Source: Phoronis australis
Lineage: Eukaryota; Animalia; Phoronida
Assembly: GCA_002633005.1 (NCBI GenBank)
Contig: NMRA01000906.1
Span: 38,671-102,670 of the forward strand
Length of the DNA: 64,000 nucleotides
Direction: 5' to 3'
How positions within the stretch are numbered: position 1 is the stretch's first letter; the number at the start of each line of letters is the position of its first letter. The position numbers were made by a program, and so were the translations under genes. The notes under the pieces were generated by a model. That model was given only the letters and a program-made list of their open reading frames with translations. It was not told the origin of the DNA and searched no databases. This document shows, one piece after another, positions 49,931-62,800 of the stretch.

Positions 49931-51879
49931 CCATAAATGGATATTTACATGTGTTATTCCTTGATTGGTCCTAGGATATCGGTCGTCATGTAAGTTCATT
50001 GAATTAGCGCACAATGAAAAAATTCACAAGGGGTGGGTAAGATAAACGGATAAAAAGTTTAAACAAACTTAAACAGGCAAGATAGATACTGAGATACATA
50101 CATGAAGCATTAGACATTTGGAAACTTTAACATGTAAAATTACAAGTCAAATCTATGCATATTTTATATAAATAGTAAACACTATTTGGATTAACTATTC
50201 AGTGATAAATAAGTATCTTGAGTAGCTTAAGGCAGTCGACGGTAGCGACCCCAGGTGGTCTACATGTATAATATTGATGAACTAACCTGATGATGCGGTG
50301 AGGGTGTATTTCCATACACAGAGAGCGGGATTCAGTTTGACACTATACCCCGTGGTGGGTGTACACAAGTTAGTCTTGTGACTGAACTTAGTGTTACATG
50401 AGACCATCCTGAATGAATAAAATCTAGCTTGTGACCCAGGTCGTCATAGGTGTCCTGCAGTCAGTTTGCTAGAAATAGTTTCAACACTGTGCGTGCTGAG
50501 GCAATAGGTAATGAAAGTTGGAAACACAATCGGGATGTCGGTATATCGTTCGTGTAAGGTTTCCAGACTGTTGACCAAGCGCACCACAGGTGCCCAGTAA
50601 TCATCAGTCGTACTAACTTAGGGAACACTTGATAGGCCTACGAACAGAGCCGTTCAGGCCTGACGAGGCAAACTCAGCAAGGGGCCAGGTTCAGAGAATT
50701 ACCATATTTACTTCACTGGGTTAATAAAAATGAGTTACTGGCATAGTGTGTACACTTTAGGGTTATGGTACGTAAGAGATACGAAAGCACTGAGGATTGG
50801 TCAAAGTCATTGTGTTTTAACAAGGGATTTTGAAACAGCTTGAAAGTCTGTAAACTACCAGGGGTTCCGAAACCTCACTGCGAGTTGTGGTGCCTGTCTC
50901 AAGTGAATCGCAGCTGAGTTGGCCAGCGGTGGCTTTCATTTCATTGACTACTGAACAATGTTTTTAAAGAAAAACAAGAGACGTGTTTTAAAAATTTTCT
51001 TTAATCAATACAAACTAAAAATAGTCGTCAACGCTTTCAAACATCCACCCAATAATTACGATAACATCCGTGTCAGTGTCCCTGATCAACGCATTGCCAT
51101 TTGAGTTGACTAAGTGGAAGGTAAGAAACGTGTCAACCTCTTCATGGGAACCTTGAGAACCCGTTGGATGATCAGCTGCCATGAAACCAGTGTAAGAAAG
51201 GCGAATTCAGTTGCCGCCATATGAGACAACAATTGTTTTCTCCCCAAGAAATGGTCCATACAGGTCTTTTTGTCGTTCTTGCAAGAGGAAGGTTGCCAAG
51301 CTGTCCATAAAATGTGTTGTTCTGCAAAGCAGGAATTTTTCAACAAGACATTTTGGGTTTAAAGTTTGTGATAAGTTGGCTTACTGAAAGAAGTTACGTC
51401 TTTTCTAAATGAAAAGTTTAGGTCCTAAGAACAGGTGCGTTCAAGTAACTTTGTTATTCTGTATCTGTTGCATATAACTATTGTTATCTGTAGTACTTGA
51501 CTACACCTGTGAAATAAAATTTAAAAAAATGAAAAGTTTACCTTGTAAAAGAACCCAATACAGTTCTTTCTTCTTGTTGCTGACAGCGTACTGTATTTTC
51601 GCTAATTGCCCCGCTCTTTGCGGAATGTTCCACTTTTTTTACTTTTTTTCGCCATTTCTGCCACACCATCTTAATGTCTCGTTTTTTGACGCACGACTAA
51701 ACTGGCTTACCAGCATATACTCAGTGTGTCTCTATTATTAATTCCAAACAAGAAGAGAGTTCAGTAGACGCGAAAATATTACGGAAATACAAATCTTTCC
51801 TTGTCGAAATTCTTAATTCTATAAAACTCTACCAATACTTGACTGGGGTATTCATTAGTTTCTGGCAGATTTTCCAGAG

Positions 51880-52562
51880 GACAATTTGTCTGCCATGTGT
51901 CATTCTGTGTTTATTGCGGCATGGTTGTTGATTTTAAGTCAATTTTAGCCGGAACCCCGAATATCTAAAGTAGCTCAAACTATGAAAGGCATACCGTGGT
52001 TGAGATTTTTTGGATTTCTGGCGAGCACAGCCCAGAATGTTTTGTGTCTGTCACAGACCATTTAGTGACCAATGACATGTATTCATTCACATGAATGTAT
52101 GAGCTAGATCATTTTTGGGGGTTCTTTTGGGTTTCTGGCGGACGCATTCCAGAGTGCAATTTGTCTGTCATGGGTCATTCGGTGTTCAGTGCAATACTAT
52201 TGTTCGTTTTAAATCAGTTTTAGCTGGTACCTCAAATGTCTAATCTAGCTCAAATTTTCAATGGCATACGGTGGTTGACATTTTGGGGGGTTTCTGGAGG
52301 GCACCACCAAGAATGTATTTTGTTTGTTATAGGCCATTTAGTGATTAGTGACATGTATTGAATCACAAGGAATTGGTTTTTGTGGTACGTCGAATATATG
52401 AGTTAACTCATTTTGGGGGGGGGGGGGGGGTTTTGGGTTTCTGCTGGACCCAGGTCACGGTGCAAATTGTCTGTTATGGGTCATTCGGTGTTCTGTGCCG
52501 TACTATTGTCCGTTTTAAATCAGTTTTGTCCGGTACTTCAGATATCTAATCTAGCTCATTTT
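51880..52562. repeat. Diverged tandem repeat, ~275-305-bp period, ~2.4 copies
   Basis: TTGTCTG.CATG.GTCATTC recurs at ~51886, 52161, 52467; TAGCTCA and CCATTTAGTGA...GACATGTATT also recur in register. Confidence 0.75.
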
Positions 52563-52980
52563 GGCCCCCTTGTAAAGTCCTCAAGGGTTTCACCCAGAGT
52601 GCAGACAACTCAGGCAGATTTTAAGTGTTTCATCTGTCCTCGTTCATCTACATTATGTGCTCTGGGCTGTCTATGGTTTAGTGTATCAGTCTAGACAGGC
52701 AATAAGAGAGACGGGTCTCATTAAACTAACGAGTGAGAAATGCAGTTAACGCAACTTATCGACTTAAGCACCAATTAAAACAATCTTTACAACTACACCT
52801 TAATTTTATTTTGCCCCTCGTCATGCAATTTACATTCAATATATGTACACGCAACTGAAACTTAATTGTCGCGAACCATACACGGAGGTGCAGCGTATTT
52901 TAAGACAAAAAGTGCAAGTGTTAAAAGCGCTCGAAAATAAACCTACAATTAAGTCCGTCGTGGAATATGACATGGGCGTT

Positions 52981-53968
52981 CTAATCTTCACAAGCCTTAC
53001 AACACGTCACCAAATGCCGCCAACGTGAAATGAAACTTTGTACCTGCAAAGAGGAAGCGTTAGACTCTTTGCCCACGTGACTGTTCAGTCCGAATCGAGA
53101 TTTCAAACGTTTGAAAAGTCCCTCGCGTTTCCCAGTATTTGGCTTATTCGTAAAATCATAGTCCTCTGAAACAGAAGAAACGGCATCAAGAGGCACATGC
53201 GCGAAACCAGACATCTTGACGACTTCTAGACGAATTTCCTCGGTGGTGACTGCTTTGTTGTTACTTTGCAATCTTGTTATGCTTTTTTTCTTGCATTCAG
53301 TGTCCACTGGATTATCTCTCGTAGCAAACGATAAATCACACTGGTCCAACGTTGCTACAGGAGACGGACTGGGATAGCAAGGCCAGGCAACGACACCACA
53401 AGGTTTAAAAAAGTCGAGTACAACATCTTCGCGGTCGTCAGTTAGGTCACTGCTTTTGTACTTTTCGATTGACTTTCTCACCAGCTTGGGCTATGGTGAT
53501 GCAAGCGTTTTCCAAAAGATTTGCAGCAAGAGTAGAAATGGCTTCTTGAGACAACTTTGCGAAACTGTACATTTTGTCGTCTTCTGGACGTATATCTTCG
53601 ACGCTTCCTGATGTGCTGAACAGAGAGTTTTGGGTGTCCTGTGAAAACGTCTTGCGGATCATAGGGAAAACTGTCGATTTGGTCGACTCTATGAATTCAG
53701 ATACTCTTGCGTCTTCTATGAGGTCACTTTCAAAGGTTTTATATTCGGATCCTGTGACTTTCTTCTTACTATCACTGTTATCAGTGAAGCCAGCGATACC
53801 TGACGGTTGAATCACTTTCCGTCCTACATTGTCAGAGTGGTCTGCTTTGTTTCTGCCATCCAATTTAACTACTACTCTCCCTCCAGTATCACTCATATAT
53901 GCAGAGGTATGGAGGATGCTCTCTGAAGCATTGATGTTAAGATAGGAAATTGCGCAGTAAGACAACAT
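52981..53968 (-). pseudogene. Orphan ~330-aa protein split by one frameshift (~53480); pseudogene or sequencing error
   Basis: Overlapping ORFs 53447-53968 and 52981-53481 with protein-like composition; frame stays open to 54040; AATAAA on - strand at ~52810; no TE motifs recognised. Confidence 0.5.
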
Positions 53969-54035
53969 TAGGCACTCTCTGTCGTCTTTCGCAGGAATAT
54001 CTTCAGCATTTCTTGATTCGATACTACTGTTACAC

Positions 54036-57000
54036 CGACTCTATCACAGTGCTAAACGAAAGTTAGCACTGTAGAATGTTGTTTAATATGGCCTCTCATT
54101 GGTTAAAGTAATGAAACTGACGTCATAACATTCAGCCATTCCCATTGGTCGAAACTTGGGAAACCCTTTCTGTTTACAAATTACGAAGTGTAGCGACCAC
54201 GGATTTAAGTAGTTGCATTTTATTAAAACGGACAGTGGTGGAAGTGAATAAGACCAAGAAAACTCCGATGAAGTGGCTTAAGCCGAAACAAATCCGATGT
54301 ATAAAGGTGTGTGTCATTGGTGGCGATGTGGTCGGTACATTGCCGACGGGATGATGGAAGTATTGCCTATCTACGCGGACTTGCTTGCAGCCCGGGGACA
54401 ATTTGAGAAGTCTTTGTGTCTAGTAATCAGCCCACTGAATGCCATTCTGGCCCAACAGAGATATATAGGGAAGCTCTAATTCTTTCTTTTGGTGAAAACG
54501 GTGAACACTAACTTTGTTTTCATAACTACATGAGGTCACGTAACTTGGCTCTATTCAGTGGTGGGTTTAGGGGGGGGGGGGNNNNNNNNNNNNNNNNNNN
54601 NNNNNNNNNNNNNNNNNNNNNNNNNNNNNNNNNNNNNNNNNNNNNNNNNNNNNNNNNNNNNNNNNNNNNNNNNNNNNNNNNNNNNNNNNNNNNNNNNNNN
54701 NNNNNNNNNNNNNNNNNNNNNNNNNNNNNNNNNNNNNNNNNNNNNNNNNNNNNCTCGGGGGTGATTAGGCAATGCATACCCCTTTCTTTTTTTAGTCAAC
54801 AGGTCCTCAAACCCAAAATTCGAGATCCCTGCATCCCCACATTTTAGGCTGGGCGCGCGCATCTGCCGAAATTCTGGTTATCCCCTGGCCCCGCCTAACT
54901 CAAAATCCTGGATCCGCCCCTGCTATTAGTCGATCACAATGGCCAACATAGCCTTGATCTGGTTTGGCAAGGGGGCAAGCAGGAGCTAGGTGTAACAATC
55001 ACACTTGCTAAAATCAAGCCTCACGAACTCTAACACGGCCAACAATTGATCATCAATTTTTTTAATACTGAATCTGAAAGCCATTTAACAAAATCCACAA
55101 AATCAGGGATGACAAGGATAAGAAACATAGAGCATCAGATCTGCAAAATTTTAAAATTCAACTTGCCTGAGCAGAAACACTTTATTATTGTTAAATGCCT
55201 GGCACCAAATTAGCATAGTGATACATTAAGAATTATACCAATAGCAGAAAGACGGTCAAATACCTGGAAAATTTGCACACCTCAATCAGGATTAAATAAT
55301 AACAGTTTCATTTTTTAAATAATAACAGTTTCTTTATGACTACATAATGTACCATCTGTAAACAACAGCTGCAGATTTAATTATAACAGGCAATAATCAT
55401 GTCTGACAAAATGACAATTTCCAAAAATGTGCATATTCCTCAGAGCAAGATGTCATTTTTTAAGCATGTCAACTGCAATTATTTGTTCAGCATCTCATCA
55501 TGGAACCGGAAGTTTATCCGAATGCAGTATGTTCAAAACAGGCATACTTAAGTACACTACAATATATACCATCAGTTTAAACAAAAGTTATTTAGATATT
55601 TAAACAAACAAAAGTGCATGCTGTAGACAACAATGTTATAGGAAAAGCTGATTTCCAATCCAGTGTGTATGTGTGCAGGCACGGGCACTAAAACATGATC
55701 ACAAGCAGTGAGAGTGCGGCAATGAGACCTCTTCTTTAGGGTCCACCCACTTTTAGTCTATATGTATTCTCCAGTTTGGGGCAGCCACTAAAATACGACC
55801 AGCCAAAGTTGAATTTCCATGGTTAGAGACAATGATTTATTTTGGTGTTGTCCATCATAGTTACATTAAATTTCGAAATGCATTTTGTGTCAACATAGAG
55901 TGAAAGTAGAATCAGCTGTTCAACAACATAATGGTATACCCTTATTGCCTACTTTCAAAATTTTGTACGGTACAACCTCTGACACTGAGCAAAAATAATT
56001 TAAAAGTTCATTGTCCCAAACTGGAGAATTTTTACCATGCATTGAATATTTTTTCATTTCTTATAGGTTTTCAAAGTTTTTGAGCATGCATATTCACCAA
56101 TAATAAGTCCCCAGAATGCTTGCGCAGTCACACACCAGTGACGGATAAATAGCTAGAGAACATTAAGCATCTCTCAAAGTAGAAAGTCAGAAGAAGCATC
56201 TATAAATTAAAGTTCGAAAGGCCACAGTCATTACAGGATATGCCAGTAGGGTTATTAGCATCCCTCTTGACACTGGAAACAGAAAACTAAGCTGTAGAAG
56301 GCACACTCCTACCACCTGTCTTGTACAATATACCGTGAAGCACTTACACACAGTAAAATTATGTTATAACAAAACCTCACAAGACTTTTGAAAAAAAAAA
56401 CTCGTTGTATCTGAAGTTAAGTTTAACCAAAGTAATTTTCAAGTGGTATAGCTGTCTTAGGACTTAAGGAAAGAATGTTATGAGTGAGCAAACGTTAAAA
56501 ACGGGTTCATTCTACCAAGGTGTGACTGTAGTAGAATTTTGGCTGGTTACACCTTAAGTAGCAGTGACAATTTAAAAAATCAAAACAAAAAATAACTTTA
56601 AATGTCTCTCTCCTTTAAGGTAGCATTGTATTCATGTATTACCTGCTCATGCATTGGTTCACTGTTTGACAAACATAGACCACAGAGAGAACTTTATCAA
56701 AAGAGATAGTATGTTTATCTTAAATACAAGTTGTTGAAGAAAACTATTCAGATTTGCATCAATTAGTATTTGTTGTTTGCAATTTTCTACTTTTTCTTAT
56801 TCTGGCTGTGGGCATGTATTGTAAATTGTACTAAAATGCCACAATTTACACTGACTTTAAAATAAAATTGTTTTAAGCCAAGATGAACGTGACAGACCTT
56901 AACCTCCACTAAACTACTTGACACGACATACGATATCACTCGCTGTACCAGACAAAGAGGCTGACTTCTAGATTGCATGCACAGGGCATTATAAGAGAAA

Positions 57001-58372
57001 TTCTTGGTATTATGCTATCTACCTTCTTTCCGCTTGACCTATTGTCAGGAGTTAACATAACCCCTACAATAAGGGAGAACAACACCGGAAATTTAAGTTT
57101 CATCTCATTGACAATGAAGGTCCAGTCAAACTGGAATAACGTGTCATAAGAGTTTTTGTTCTTTACTTGCAAATGAGAAATACATCCATGCATTGAGCCA
57201 GTTATGGATTCTGCTATAGCATCATTTTCCTTCATACATTGTTCTGTAATGGCATATTTGAGTTCTTCATACTTCAAAATACTAGAAGCTCTTTCAAAAA
57301 CCTTCTTTTCAGACGAAGATGCACTTGTAGATTTCGAGAAGTATTCAGTGCTAAATCACTGGAAATATTCTCATCAGCTGGTGCGCGTTTGTGTACTTCT
57401 TGAACAGCTGATGCTGGCTAGAGCTCAATAAGTTTGCGACGGCTTTCTCTGCGCTGGTCACCTCTAACTTCAGATCTGGCCGAGGGTAGAGTTGGGCCCT
57501 CCACCGCACAACATTTGGGTCTGCACAACTTCTGAGTTTGTTTAATTATTGATTTGAAATTAGTCACTTTGGTGTGAATCGTCTGTAAGAGTCTTTCACA
57601 ATTGATGCAGATAATCCCCTCAAAAATATTGACACCACCATACAATGCTAAATGTTTCAATAATAGAAAAACGCCCCTTGGTGAGTGGACAGTTGCACAT
57701 GAGACACAGTATGATCGACTCTGAGTCTTCACAGGTGTATTAGCCTACTTGACATGCCTTGATCACCTGAAAAGTTTGAACTGTATCTTAACAACTTATC
57801 AAACACAAGAACAGTCTTCAGCCTCTGGCTCACACAAACACTATCTGACCTGATATTAGACAAAGTAACAATTGATCACATCAAAAACCTAAAAACACTC
57901 TGGCGAAGTTGTAATGAAGGCTGTAAAGACAGAAGACAATAAAAAGGCAAGGCTAATCAGCTTGGCACCACAGGCGCTTAGCACGGTATTTTTTTTAAAC
58001 ATAGGGCTACTCAACATGCTCGCGCTTGGACTTGGCTTACTGGCCGGCTTGACGCCGTTCCCAGACCCAACTATGACGACTTAGAAAGTTCACAATTTCG
58101 AACTTTATACACCTAACGTGAACAGAATACGTCTAAAATCAGTAAATTAGATTCATGATGAGTCCAAATGCACTCCACCAAAATGATTATTATTCCAGTG
58201 CAACAGAACACAAAGCAAAATACCCGGTACCTTTTCACGCACACAGTAAACCATTTTGTTTACATCGGAAGTAAAACCAAGGCATGCGCATTGATGCCCA
58301 CACACGGAATTCCGTGTGTCGTTCATCACAGGGCCACTTTGCAGTATAGGTGGCGCTGTGTCAGAGGGTATA
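54036..58372. mobile_element. AcademH remnant: RecQ-like helicase (+) and transposase (-), convergent
   Basis: + strand WLKPKQIRCI..GGDVVGTLPTG and LVISPLNAILAQQ (RecQ Q/I/Ia motifs, 54270-54460). - strand LFQFDWTFIVNEMKLKFPVLFSL..IPRISLI..VQRVISYV (56870-57280) and a C-x2-C region (57418-57732). Weak TIR CTCTATCACAGTGC / CTCTGACACAGCGC; boundaries approximate. Confidence 0.7.
54556..54922. mobile_element. hAT-like MITE with 5-bp TSD (spans second N-gap)
   Basis: CTATT|CAGTGGTGGGTTTAGGGG ... AAATCCTGGATCCGCCCCTG|CTATT. Confidence 0.75.
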
Positions 58373-59854
58373 CTTAGTCTCCTGCACAGACCCTCGAGGT
58401 TGCAAAAGGTACCAAAACCTTTACGGCAAACAGATGGCGCTGGATGCAATGATGCTTTACTAACAGGCAGCGCTGCTTACAGTCATGTGACATTCTTGTG
58501 TGAACTGAATCTTGATCCAGCACCTTGACCTACATTCTACAGCTGCTGACGTCACATCGCCGTTGTGACAACGTGACATGATGAGCTCAGTGCTTCACTC
58601 TTTGTTTATACTGTCAGCTGTTATTAATCATGGCCACCAACATGTTCATAGTGCATGGTTCAGCTCGTTAAATAGATACTATATAAGTTAAAACCACTCT
58701 CTTTTGCCTTAGTGTTGAAAGAACATAAAACATTACAGACGTTTCTACTTGGTGAACCATCAGCTGCCGTCCTGTCCAGGCCAATCCGGTCTGCTGGGCT
58801 CAGTGTTGTTGGCTAACGAGATACTGAACGAAAAAGAAAATATCGCAAGAGAATAAAACCTAACATGCATATCACCATGTATAATTCAAGCATAATTTAA
58901 AAAATACAGTGGCTATATTTCAACCTAATTAAAATTATGGTTGTTGAGTTGCCAAAACCTCGCCGGGCGGATAAGTGGCCGGGCTCGGTTTAGTAGCCTC
59001 ACCATGGTCACGTTCATTGAATATAGATATTTTACCCCAGCGTTTAGGCCGAGCAACCACAACAGCGTAGATTATTAACACTTTCATCTTAATTATTTGT
59101 TATAAATAGTTATTACAAATGGGATTTTAAACATGGAATGTCGGACACCAAGATTTCTTTTCCACACAACATAACGCAAAGTTGTCGTGAGGACTCGATT
59201 GGGACCTCAGGGGTCTCACGCTCCACCGGCTAAATTGAAAAGGCTTTGTCCAGTCACGCGTTGTGGGTAATAAATCGAGATAATGATACCAACAGCCGAC
59301 GCGACAAGCAGAACTACTTTCTTTTACTTCATTTGTGCACTAACTGGAGAAATTTAGAATTAGACTTTTAAACACTATCCGATCTTCAACTTTTTTCGGG
59401 AGACTTAAATCTCAGTGTAGTTTGCGCAAAGACGATGTGCAATTTTTGGAGGTGTATTGACGATGATCAACGTTAAAACGGAGAGCAAATAAGTGCGTAA
59501 TTGATCATCCAATCGGTAGTTTTGCGAGAAAGCGACGACCTTGCCGAAATTGAATGACGGAAACCCTTGAAAATCATTATAAGCGAGAAAGAGAAAACAA
59601 ATATTTTCTGACGTTTAGGCTCATTAACTTTGAGTAACCGAAACGTCGCAAATATGTTCCGTCTTCTCTTGCGCGCTCANCACAGTATTCACTCATTAGA
59701 ACACCACAATTTTCGACCCATGAGGTAGCCACAATACTCGAGCTACACCCCTCCCCATGTTGCCATAATTTTTTCTTCCCATTTCCCTCTTTGAGGTGGT
59801 ACCCCGCACAACTTGAGGGTCCTAAGCCATCAGAGCCTTAAATTTCTCCTTTAA

Positions 59855-62800
59855 GGTGAATTTAACCTGCGTGACTTTCAAACTTAGTGGAGAATGATTG
59901 GCCATAATGAACAAAAGTTCGAGCATGCACTGAAAACAATTACTTCCAAGGGCATCCAGAACACCTCGGGTGTTTTCGTAACCTCAAATTTCACCTAATA
60001 GGTGAACGCTTCCTGCATGTGTGCGGACTTCATTTAGCCTATTATTCTCAAAACTGAAAATCACGTGACTTGCCATATTTTGGATAACGTTCATCTTCGA
60101 GGGGATATTTTAGGCTATGAAAATATTTTCGTTGCCCAAAGTGTTTCGAAGAAAGGTTGTAAGCAGGAAAATAGCCGACGTGCTCTAGATGTTCCGAGGG
60201 TAAATTTGTAGCTATGAAAATACCCAAGAGGTGTCCCAAATGGGCCCTAATCTTTAGTTTTATGCATAATCTGGTACTAGAAGAATCTCCACCCATTTAG
60301 ACAGTGACTAAAACATATTTGTTGCCCGAGGGTTTTAGTTCAATAATAATGCAGCCTAATGTTCCAAATGCATAATCTTTTCATAAGGGTTAATGCTAAC
60401 AACTGAATCCTTTCATAGTAATTCTTGAACAGCTGTCTTTTTCACCCATGAAACTTGAAGAAGTCGGATCAGAGATTCCTGTTGTCAAAAATGAGTCTGG
60501 GGTAAAGTTTTAAAAATACAGGTATCATGATATTAAAACGCCTTCTGCAGTAGGAAAAAGGTACCATTTGCAGTGTTTTTAACTTCCAGAGTGAAACCCG
60601 TTGTATTCATGGGAAAAAGTTTGCTTTGGTAGGGATTTTTTCAAGCAACATTTTGAAGAGAAATTGTTCGAGAAAAATCACCCAGCTAGGTGTCATGTCC
60701 GGTATAAACCTGTGGGAGTATCTCCTGGAATGGTTTTAGGAGGGTACTCTGAAAGCCCATATATGCCTAAAGATGTGGGTTGAACATCATGGAAAGTACA
60801 AGCGCAATTGTTGATTTCAGAATGCGCTTATCAGATGGTGTCTTCTGGCTTCCAGATTTCATTCGAATTAAATTCCTTAAAGTTGCTTTGAATGCGTCTT
60901 GTGTGAAAAAGAATAAATTTTGATCTGAACAACTTACCACATATATACAGGAATTGGAATGACTGAAAGAAGAAAATTTTCCAGGCGATCTATCGTTTCA
61001 CAAATAGGCTTGTGAGATAGAAATATTTTTGCGTTGTAAAATTTTACTGAAATAAATGCTTTTTGCATGAATCAAGTCAAAATAATGATAAAAAAGAAGC
61101 TGGAAATCAAATAAGAGGAAATAAAAACAAAAAATAGGAAATCCTCTTAAAAGAGGAAAATTCCAAGCCCTGTATATATCACTGTCTCAACTTGTTCCTT
61201 AGTGGACTTGGAAGAAATTAAACTTTGTTAGTGCACAAAGCCATGGTTATTGCACCAGGTCTTAAGCAATAACAAACTATTAGTTCAAGGTAAGCCATTA
61301 TGCCACATGTAATCTCAGTAAGGAACAGTGCGAGTTCAAGAGTCTAACCAGGAGCACACACGTGAAGATTGACACCGGACACTAGTATCCAAATCCAACT
61401 GCTGGACATGCCAGTCTTCATGCGAGCAATAGTGATTAGATTTACTCGCTACTATTTTGGCCAAAAACAACATTTTTAGTACGAGACCAATCTTATATTG
61501 TTACATGGTGGTTCTAAAAAGAGGTTGGATTAATAGCAGCTTGAAAAATGGTACACTTTATGTATAAGGAACTTAAAAAGGGTTCATTTTTTCAATACAG
61601 TTTATTACAGATGTTTTCTTATTTTCCACCATGTATTTAGATGCTTTTGGGGCTAAACAGATTCTAGCAAAGTCTTGTATGGATTGATTTAAAACCCTGA
61701 AAAGGGATTATGTGATCATATTTGAGAATACACCTCTTGAGTGAAGCTTTCAATTCAAATGAACTCTAAACTGTTTTTGTCACTTCCAGTCCACTTTCTT
61801 GCGAGATCAAGATAGTACTTAATGACCACTAGATTCAAGCTAAAATCTGAGTAAAAACTTAAGATTTCAAGTAAAATCTTGAACTGAGACTTGAACTTTT
61901 AGCTATAATACTGGGATCATTAATTGCCATCAATAAGCATCCAAATATAAAGAAACTTATCTCGAGTTCAAACAAAAGTAGAATAGAAAATAACAAAAAA
62001 TCTTGAGTAAAAAGTTGAAATCCTGGACCCAGGTGTAATTTTCATAATAGTCTATGCTTTTACAAGGCAGTGAATGTGCAACTTGAGTGGAAGTCGGGTC
62101 TTTAATAACCTATTCCCCCAGCACCACTGGTGTAGTCAGAATTATTCAACAGAGGTTGCCAAACTTGAAATTGTTGGCGACCAATGATTGACTGTAATGA
62201 GAGGCAACCTGGAGGCACTGCATGAACAGGGGACAGGGACAGAGGAGCTAGGCAAGCACAAAACTGAAATGAGTTTCTGACAGGGATGTTGTGCGCCGTA
62301 AGGCTATGTTAATTCCCAGGTTTAGTACTTCAGTCTATCCTTAAACTAGACCATATTTCTAATCAACACATCCGAAAAATAAAGTTCCCAATGTTAGACA
62401 AATTTCTTAGCATGTTGTGTGTTTTGTAGGTTATGAGTGTAATATTTCTAGGAACACATTAATGATGACACGGTTTTTAATTTTGAGTCAACGTGAGGGA
62501 GTTTGCCAGTGCGAATGTTCTCAAGCATTTCACACTGCCCAACTCTTGCCAAGAAGAGGCCCCCTCAATAAGAGTCAAATTTGTAATTTTGAAAAACTTT
62601 TCGAAAAGACCGAAATGTTGACTAAAATCACTGCTGTATTATGTAGATCATAACCACAAGAATAAAACACTAGCATGTTGCTCAAAACACTGAGCAAAGC
62701 ATAATGGTAATAGTCACATAGAGAGGACCCCCACTTTGAGACCAGTGTTTTCTACTGCATAACAAGAACCAGTTTTTCACTGAATAGCAGGCGTTAGAAC

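Noticed and set aside
54270-54465. Host RecQ/WRN/BLM helicase gene
   Set aside because: Motif I is broken (no GKS), frameshifted, and paired with an Academ transposase; interpreted as TE-borne.
54526-54862. ORFs across the second gap
   Set aside because: N-run artefacts inside a MITE.
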